From Longimicrobiales bacterium (GTDB lineage Bacteria; Gemmatimonadota; Gemmatimonadetes; Longimicrobiales; Gaopeijiaceae), in assembly GCA_965198065.1 (NCBI GenBank), contig CBDAON010000004.1:32001-96000 (forward strand): a stretch of DNA of 64,000 nt, read 5' to 3'. How positions within the stretch are numbered: the first letter of the stretch is position 1; each line of letters begins with the position of its first letter. The notes beneath the pieces are model-generated. The model was not told where the DNA came from. It did no database searches and was given only the letters and a program-made list of their open reading frames with translations. Positions 57,125 through 64,000 of this stretch are shown here, piece after piece. Position numbers and translations under genes: made by a program.

Positions 57125-58138
57125 TCAGAAGATGGCGAGCGGGTTCAGGGGAGAGCCTGTGGCTCCCGGAACGGCGAGCGGAGCGGCCACGAGCAGGAAC
57201 TCCCAACGCTGATGCTCTTGCGCGGCCGCGGCCAGCGCCTCGAGGTCCAGGTTGTCGAACAGGGGAAGCCCCATGGCCACCAGGGCGAGCTGGTGGATCG
57301 GCATCGAGACGCCTTCCACGCCTGAGGGGAGCACGTCGTTCGTGTAGTCACTGCCGAGCACGGCGACCTGACGCTGGTGAAGCCACGCTGCGACCGACGC
57401 GTGCAGCCCCGCGGCGAGGCGGCCGGTGGCCCAGGGACCCTCGACGTCGCGGCGCGCCCACCGACCGCTTCGGATCAACACGACGTCCCCGCTCCGGATG
57501 GTGATTCCGGTCTCGGCCTCCCAGGCCTCCAGGTCTTGCACGAGGATCGGTGTGCCGGGCTCGAGATAGTCCAGCCCCCGAAGGCGCGCGACGTCGACCA
57601 GGACTCCCCGTGTGACGATCCCGCTCTTGGCCGCAGTAATGGCCAGGCGTCCACAGCCGTTGTCCTGATCGTAGGCGTCTCTCGAGAAGCCGTTGTACAT
57701 GATGCCCTGGCTTGCCATGTGGCACAGCGCATCCAGGTGGCTGTGCGCATATCCGTGATACGACACCTCGAACCGGTCGCTCACGAACGAGCCAGCCCCC
57801 GTGCTGAGGAGCTCGTGCCCGAAGGGTGAGGTCGCGTCGGCAGCCTCCTCCTTGATGTAGTCGTGGGACAGGGACACCGAGACCCCCGTCCGAACCAGCC
57901 GCGTGGCCGCGACGCTCACCTGGGGCGTAATGAAGTTCAGGGTCCCCCGCTCGTCGGCGCGCCCCCAGCGACCCGCGTTCGAGAGCTCCACCATCCAGCG
58001 CTCGACAGTCTCGCTCGTGACCGCGGGCGGCTCCTGCGCCCGGGCCGGAGAGAGGGGGATCGTGGCCGCGAGGGCCAGGAAGGCGACCGCTCCGATGGAC
58101 GGGGAACGTCCCGTCCGCTCCTCCCATCGAGTGCTCAT
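57125..58138 (-). CDS. Cyclase / kynurenine formamidase-like metallohydrolase with a signal peptide
   Basis: RWG.DERGTLN, HSHLDALCH, RGVLVD, GATGSPLNPLA. Confidence 0.88.
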   Translation of the reverse strand: MSTRWEERTGRSPSIGAVAFLALAATIPLSPARAQEPPAVTSETVERWMVELSNAGRWGRADERGTLNFITPQVSVAATRLVRTGVSVSLSHDYIKEEAADATSPFGHELLSTGAGSFVSDRFEVSYHGYAHSHLDALCHMASQGIMYNGFSRDAYDQDNGCGRLAITAAKSGIVTRGVLVDVARLRGLDYLEPGTPILVQDLEAWEAETGITIRSGDVVLIRSGRWARRDVEGPWATGRLAAGLHASVAAWLHQRQVAVLGSDYTNDVLPSGVEGVSMPIHQLALVAMGLPLFDNLDLEALAAAAQEHQRWEFLLVAAPLAVPGATGSPLNPLAIF

Positions 58139-58311
58139 CTTTCCCCCTCCCCTGCCCGCGTCATTACGCGTGGCGTAGAGACAATTTCGTCCGACCGGCC
58201 TTCCTGGCAGACAGTCCTCGCCGACAGTAGGAGGGGCGCGTCCCGGCAGCAAGGGAGGGCGGCCGGGTGTGGAGGAACACGCGACCGGGGACGGACGGGC
58301 ATGCGAAGACG

Positions 58312-58989
58312 TCAGGCCATTCCCCCGAGGTAAAGGAAGAACACCCATTTCGCGAGGGTGAGGGCAAGCCAGACCGTGCCCACGGAGACGAGGGCGGCGC
58401 GGAGCGGAAGTCCCGGTCCGTTCTCGAGCGCGAGGATGAAGATGCCCGCCCACGCCAGATCGAATACGGAGACCTGGGTGGCGAGGAGGTACACCGCTCC
58501 CGGAACGTCGCTCCCCAACCTGAGCAGGCCGGCCAGGGAGCCCGGTAGCTCTTGGGGCAGTCCCTGAAGAAGCGCGGCGGGAGGGAGCCCGGCCAGCCAG
58601 TGCGTCTGGACGATGCTGCCCGCCAGGAGGGCGAAATGGGCCCATAGGGCCGCGCGAAAGATCCGTCCGATCGGAGGGTTTCGGATCCACGGGAGGAGCG
58701 CGAGCTGGACGATGAGGGACACGAGCCCTGCTCGTACGACGACTCCGACGGGCGCGAGCAGGTAGGTCAGGCGCTCCCACCGGCGGGCCGCCTCGACACC
58801 TGCTGATCCGGCCCCAAGGAGGGCGGGGAAGAGGTCGTCCCCGATCACGATCCGGTTCATGTACGCCACCGAGGCTACCTGGAGGCCAGCCATTAGGACC
58901 ACGAGCTGCCAGGTGAGGAGCCGGGGCGCCGTGGAGGCGTCCGCGTCCGGCGCGCGAAGGTCGTCCGACCCGTCAGGCCCCGCGGTCAC
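58312..58989 (-). CDS. Yip1-like multi-pass membrane protein at the end of the bacteriocin-like cluster
   Basis: About 5 hydrophobic helices; start overlaps the PCAT 3' end; family call is by architecture only. Confidence 0.6.
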   Translation of the reverse strand: MTAGPDGSDDLRAPDADASTAPRLLTWQLVVLMAGLQVASVAYMNRIVIGDDLFPALLGAGSAGVEAARRWERLTYLLAPVGVVVRAGLVSLIVQLALLPWIRNPPIGRIFRAALWAHFALLAGSIVQTHWLAGLPPAALLQGLPQELPGSLAGLLRLGSDVPGAVYLLATQVSVFDLAWAGIFILALENGPGLPLRAALVSVGTVWLALTLAKWVFFLYLGGMA

Positions 58990-60882
58990 CGTGGCTCCTC
59001 ACCTGAACGGGGACGTTACGAACAAGCTGGCGGATCTCGCCAGGACGGCCCTCGCCCCTGACCCGTCCGGCCTCGAGCAGGTAGACGTGGTCGGATCGAT
59101 CAAGAACGTGGGCATCGTGGGACACGACCAGCACCGCGTGTCCGACCGCATATGCAGTCAGCGCCTCCATCAGCACAGTGGCCAGCCGCCCGTCGATGGC
59201 ACCGAGCGCCTCGTCCACGAGGAGCACCTCCGGCGTGGTGGCCACGGCCCTGAGGAAGCCGACGATCTGCCGCTCGCCGCCGGACAGGCGTCGGCCGTCC
59301 TCACCCACCCGGGTGTCCCATCCGGCCGGGAAGCGGGTGAGGAAAGAGGCCAGCCCGAAGCCCGCGGCCCAGGCCGTGAGCCCATTCAGGCGTTCCGGAT
59401 CGCGACCGAGCAGGACGTTGTGACCCAACGTCCCGCGAAAGATTCGCGGGCTGCCGGGGCAGAGGGCGATGCGCTTCCGGTACTCTCCGAGCGCGTACTC
59501 CTCGGCCGGCGCGCCGTCCACCAGCAGGCGCCCCGCGGTGAGCGGGATGAGCCGCGCCAGGGCCCGCATCAGGGTGGTCTTGCCGGCGCCGTTCGGGCCG
59601 AATAACGCCGTGAGCCGGCCGCGGGAGACCACGAGGTCGATCCCTTCCAGCACGGGACGCCCCGGGGGCCACTCGACCGTGGCGTCCCTCAGCCGGAGCT
59701 CTCGCGTGACCCGGAGTGGCGTCCGCCCCCCTTCGAGCGTCTCGGGCCGGGCCAGGACCACGTCGAGGAGCCGGTGGGCCGATACCGACGCCTCCTGGAA
59801 GGTCCCCACGGCACCCACGAGACGGTCAGCGGAAGGAAGCATCCCCCCGAGAAGGGAATAGCCGGCCACTAACTCGCCCAGTCGCAGGGTCCCTGAGTCG
59901 CCACGTGGCCCCGAGAAGAAGAGTCACGTAGACGGGAACCGCGGCGAGCGCCAGCACCGCCAGGGGCGGAGCGAGGACGGCGAGGAGCACGAGGGATCCG
60001 GCAACCACGAGGCCGTCGATGATGACCGTCCCGAGCATCTCCGCAAGCGGCGTCCTGAACCCGGACCGCCTCGGCTAGGCGGACCGTGACGTCGCCGGTC
60101 GCGCGACTCTCGAAGAACCGGAGGGGGAGCCGGAAGAGGCGCGCGAGAAAGTCCTGATTCATCCGGCTGCTCACGGCGCACTGAAGTGAGATCAGAAGCC
60201 CTCTACGCACATGGCCCAGGAACGTGCGGAGGACGAGCAGCGCCAGCAGGAGCTCGCCCGTCGCCGCGATCATGAGCGGGTCCCCCTCGGGGATGAACCG
60301 GTCGATGATCTGCTGGACACAGAGAGCCGTCACGAGCCCCAGGGCCGTGCCCGTGGCCCCGAGAAAGACGGACTGGACGATCCAGGCGCCGTGGCCACGG
60401 GCGTACCCCGCCAGCCATGGGATCCAGCTTCCCGGGGGCGCCCGGCGGAGCTGGGCCGTGGGCTCGAGGAGCAGAGCCGCGCGGCTGGTCCAGAGACGCT
60501 CCATCTCCCGGCGCTGCAGGGTCTTTGGGCCCGCCGACGGGTCTCCTAGGGAGACTCGATGCGCATCCGCGTTCCACCAGACCGCGTAGTGCGCGTCACC
60601 CTCGCTCGAGGTGAGGTGAACAATGCACGGGAAAGGCTGACGGGAGACCACCTCGTCGTACGAGCCGCGAACGCCTCGCGCCTCGAATCCGAGGGCCTCC
60701 GCGGCCCGTTTGAGCCCCCAGAGGGTCGTCCCCTGCGCATCGGTGAGCGCGAGCTCCCGTACCTCGACCAGGCTCGTATCGCCGCCCCAGTAGCGGAGGA
60801 TCGTGAGCAGGGAAGCGGGCCCGCAGTCCGTCGGCTCATGCTGCCGAACGAGAGGGCGCCGCCTAGGGAAGACGCGGATCAC
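58973..60882 (-). pseudogene. C39 peptidase-containing ABC transporter (PCAT), frameshifted with an apparent internal deletion
   Basis: QHEPTDCGPA (Cys), AHY (His), GDP (Asp); TMD FFESRATGD; NBD GPNGAGKT, LSGGERQ, LLVDEA; spread over three ORFs with breaks near 60048 and 59890. Confidence 0.9.
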
Positions 60883-61628
60883 GGGCCTCCTCCCGTGATC
60901 CGCAGGAAGACGTCCTCAAGAGCCTCGCTCCCGTCGGTTCCGTGCCGTTGGCGGAGCTCGTCCGGCGTACCCTCGAACCGGAGCGCCCCGTCGTGGAGGA
61001 TCGCCAGCCGATCCGCGAGACCCTCCACGATCTCGAGCACGTGTGTGGTAAAGAGGACGGCCCGCCCGCGGTCACGCATAGAGATCACGGTCTCCTTCAC
61101 CCGGCGTGCGCTGGCCACATCCAGTGTGTTGGTGGGCTCGTCTAGGATGAGGACCTCCGGCTCGTGCACTGTCGCGGCAAGGAACGCGACCTGCTTTCGC
61201 ATGCCCGCCGAGTAGGTCCGGATCGGGGCGTCTGCGACCTCTGCCAGCCCGAAGGTCTGGATCCCTCGCTCAATTGCCGCCGCCCGCTCGGACCGTACGC
61301 CGCGCAGCTCGAGGATGAACTCCAGGAGCTCCCGGCCCGTCAGCTGCGGATAGAGCACGGGAGTCTCGGGCAGGTATCCAACGCGTCTGCGGGCCCGATG
61401 GATTTCCGAGGAGCGGAGGCTCGATCCCAGGATCCGGGCGTCCCCGGATGTCGGGTTTCGGAGTCCCATCAGGAGGTGCAGGGTCGTCGTTTTGCCCGCT
61501 CCATTCCGCCCCAGGAGGCAGATGCACGTGGCGGGGGGCAACGTGAATGTGAGGCGGTCCACCGCCGCCCGGGCACCGTAGCGCTTGGTCAGCCCGACGG
61601 TCTCGATCGGGATGGGTTGAGGCGTCAA
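60879..61628 (-). CDS. ABC exporter ATP-binding protein (TTG start overlapping the permease stop)
   Basis: GRNGAGKTT, YSAGMRK, LILDEPT, TTHVLE, LEDVFLRIT. Confidence 0.92.
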   Translation of the reverse strand: MTPQPIPIETVGLTKRYGARAAVDRLTFTLPPATCICLLGRNGAGKTTTLHLLMGLRNPTSGDARILGSSLRSSEIHRARRRVGYLPETPVLYPQLTGRELLEFILELRGVRSERAAAIERGIQTFGLAEVADAPIRTYSAGMRKQVAFLAATVHEPEVLILDEPTNTLDVASARRVKETVISMRDRGRAVLFTTHVLEIVEGLADRLAILHDGALRFEGTPDELRQRHGTDGSEALEDVFLRITGGGP

Positions 61629-63335
61629 GGCTCCATCCGGTTCGACCACGGGAGCGCCCATCCTGCCAGGAGTGTCGCCCCGCCACCTACGCACACGACT
61701 AGCACCCCCACCACGGCGCTGAGATGAGCGCCCGAGAGCGCGCCGGCACTCTTGAGGGATCGGGCGACCAGGTAGATGGAACCCGTCGCGCCGCCCACCA
61801 TCGCGTAGAGCGTCTTCGCGGCGAGGGAGGCACCGGGCGGCACCCCACCGCCCCGCTCGAGGCCCGGCAGAAGGAATCCGAGCGAGGTCCCGAGGATGGA
61901 GAAGAGAAGGCCTGCTGCGACCGCCTCCGCCGCGAGGAGGGGGACGTCGGGCGCCGGGAGGCCCACCGCCCGCCCGCCGAGAAGCACGAGCACGACGTAC
62001 GCGACGGCGTGACTGACGCCGAAGAGGGCGGCGCCCAGGACCTTGCCCTGGAATAGCCTGGCCGGGGACACAAGAGGCCGGAGAAGCGCGATGCCCTCGC
62101 CTTCCTCCCCGAGGGAGCCGAGGGAGCGCCCAGCCGCGGTCCATCCGACTCCGAACAGAAGGGCGGCCTCGAAGGCGAGAGTGTGGCCGGGACCCGACTG
62201 CGGGCCCCCGAGTCGGGATGCCACGACCAGTCCCGCGAGCAGTGCGGCCACGGGGATCACCTGGCCCTGGAGGTAGGAGAGCGGATCCCGCCGCACGGGA
62301 AGAGCCACGTCCTTCGTCCAGAAGAGGCGAGCGATCGTGGCGCCCGCGGGCCACGCGCCACCCAGCCGCCCGAGTGCCGAGAAGGCGCTGACATAGCGGG
62401 GAACGCGGATGGCGTGCAGATCGATCGGGAGGTCGGCCAGGGCGCTCCCCCTCCACCGCCAGACGGCCCGGCCGGCCAGCGCCGCCGCCAGCGTGGCGGT
62501 CCCCCCCCAGGTAAGGGTCACCCACCACGCTCCGCGGCCGATCGAGTCGGCCACCGCCGCCGGAGCCTGAAGGAGGTAGAGCCAGCGTGGGCCCGCGAGC
62601 CCGAGAGCGGCTACCCAACGCGGCGCCTGATCGAGCAGGACCGTCGGGAGGACCACGAACAGGGGGAATGTCAGGAGGAAAGGCACGATCGTGAGCCGCT
62701 GGATGCGCCCGGCGCGCGCTCCTGCGCCGGTGCCGACAATGACGGCCCGGAGCACCGCCGCGACGAGCGCGCCGAGCGCTCCGGACCAGGCCAGAGCCGT
62801 GGTCCCGTGGCCGATCAGCGTCCAGCCGGGCGCAGGCCCCACCCCGACGAGGAGATGAAAGTGGAACAGGTAGAAAGAACGCCCAGAGATAGAGCGAGAT
62901 CAGCGCGATCGACTCCGCTACTGCGAGAGCGGCGAGGTCCGGTAGGACCCACGGGTGAGCGAGGAGGGGATCGTCATGCCGCCCGAGCACCAACCCCTTC
63001 AATAGCTGGGCCACCAGCATGACCACGAAGCACGCGGTCAACCCCACGTGCGCGAGGATCAGCGCACCCCAGCGGGAGGGCTCATCGAGGTCACCGCGCC
63101 CGAGGCCCCAGTCGCCCCGAGCAAGGTGCCAGACGGACGGCACGGCCAGGGCCCGTGACTAGTAGCATGACGCGCCCCTGGAGCGTTCCAAAGGCTTTGT
63201 CCACGAGGTCACGGGCCCCGATTCGGTACCTCCCCAGCGCGCGAGACAGAGAAACCGAGCCAGCGCGGGGTCGCCGGACGCCGGAGTCCTCCGCCAGGCG
63301 ACCCCTGCGTCGGGCCTCGGGGGCCGCCCGCTCAC
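61625..63335 (-). pseudogene. Large polytopic ABC-exporter-type permease with frame disruptions
   Basis: C-terminal part 61625-62870 (ARLFWTKD..RRDP, SLGEEG..LLRP..GK); N-terminal TMs in another frame to 63143; probable true start GTG 63335 overlapping the precursor-2 stop. Confidence 0.7.
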
Positions 63336-63535
63336 CGGAAGCGGGCCAGCCCCACTCTCGGCGAGGTCGCGGCGGCCAGCGTGCACGCCACCAGAGTTTT
63401 GTTCACGGTCAGAAGAAACCCCGTGACCCCGTAGAGCATGGTCGCGGCGATCGACACACCGAGCGTGACGCCGCACGTGGTCCACCCCACTCCGGCCGAG
63501 ATCCGCTCCATTTCGATTCTCCGGAGCTCGCTCAT
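63332..63535 (-). CDS. Bacteriocin-like precursor peptide 2 (67 aa, double-glycine-type leader)
   Basis: MSELRRIEMERISAG leader (ELxxxEMxxIxAG); hydrophobic core with Cys21/Cys51; ATG overlaps the precursor-1 stop. Confidence 0.82.
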   Translation of the reverse strand: MSELRRIEMERISAGVGWTTCGVTLGVSIAATMLYGVTGFLLTVNKTLVACTLAAATSPRVGLARFR

Positions 63536-63738
63536 CGCATCCCCCCCAGGACCCGGGACCGGAATGCGGTCACGCACGAAAGGAGGCCGCCCCCGTAAGC
63601 AATGAGTGCGATCTTGCTCAGAGGATCAGGTTGTAGCGCCAGGTAGAAGGAGGAGACGATGCCGAGCCCGCAGGCGACCCCGGACCAGAAGCCGTCGCCG
63701 GCCAGACCCGTCATCTCGGGGTGTGTCAACTCCGTCAT
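63532..63738 (-). CDS. Bacteriocin-like precursor peptide 1 (68 aa, double-glycine-type leader)
   Basis: SD AAGGAGG; MTELTHPEMTGLAG leader; core with GxxxGxxxG and Cys23/Cys55. Confidence 0.85.
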   Translation of the reverse strand: MTELTHPEMTGLAGDGFWSGVACGLGIVSSFYLALQPDPLSKIALIAYGGGLLSCVTAFRSRVLGGMR

Positions 63739-63753
63739 GGTTTGCCCTCCTTC

Positions 63754-64000
63754 TCACGGATCCCGAGCTAGGTACTCGAAGGAGCGGGGTCCGACGCTCC
63801 CCCGGGTGCGCTCCGGGCCCACCGGAACGCGCCCGAAGGATTCATGGCGTCGGGGTGCCCGACCATGGCCGGATCGGCCTTCGGTGTACCGACCGAGGAG
63901 TGGAGGTCGAGCGGGGGGCGATGCGGGAACGGGGGTGGCGTCGTGCACCCGCGCCGTTGAAATTCCCTCCCGGAACTGCCCGGGCCCACGCGCGACGATG
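63754..64000 (-). other. Possible 3' end of an upstream cluster gene entering from beyond the window
   Basis: Minus-strand frame open from 63999 to TGA at 63754, ending just before the precursor SD; no recognisable motif. Confidence 0.25.

Noticed and set aside
57125..58780. 551-aa version of the cyclase
   Set aside because: The first ~210 aa overlap the Yip1-like gene in another frame; the SD-preceded ATG at 58138 gives a signal peptide and normal length.
60879..63143. 754-aa ORF as one fused membrane-ATPase protein
   Set aside because: It is a chimera: the permease N-terminus, an out-of-frame low-complexity middle caused by the 62875 frameshift, and a separate ATPase starting at TTG 61628.
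63332..63738. Lanthipeptide or thiopeptide assignment for the Ser/Thr/Cys-containing cores
   Set aside because: No LanB/C/M, YcaO or radical-SAM gene is in the window. It cannot be excluded upstream, but nothing here supports it.

Overview
High-GC bacterial chromosomal window. Gene order and protein style suggest Gemmatimonadota (inference, not a database result). Bases 1-33.2 kb are mostly plus-strand housekeeping genes: rnz-tyrA-aroA-cmk-rpsA, an RNA methyltransferase, argS-pfkB-purM, ribD/E/BA/H-nusB, hprK with a complete mannose-family PTS, metK, recO, dusB, and tmRNA (tag ANNNLALAA). After tmRNA the content is more accessory. It includes an ECF sigma/zinc anti-sigma pair followed by a signal-peptide-bearing haloalkane dehalogenase. 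Divergent from these is a thioredoxin-CcdA unit preceded by a GGAAC-N18-GTT promoter. Further on are a probable oxalate activation/reduction module, PPDK, a PIG-L deacetylase with an Fbp/Afu-type ABC importer, pyruvate carboxylase and a cyclase. The most interesting element is a minus-strand bacteriocin/RiPP-like cluster in the last 6 kb. It has two tandem, translationally coupled peptides with double-glycine-type leaders and two Cys each, an ABC exporter permease plus ATPase, a C39 peptidase-containing ABC transporter and a Yip1-like membrane protein. Several of these genes are broken by indels (decay or assembly error), and the cluster probably continues past the window edge. Smaller oddities are three genes apparently starting at CTG overlapping the upstream TGA, a 25-codon hpf-like remnant before hprK, and a 14x24-bp repeat tail on rpsA.
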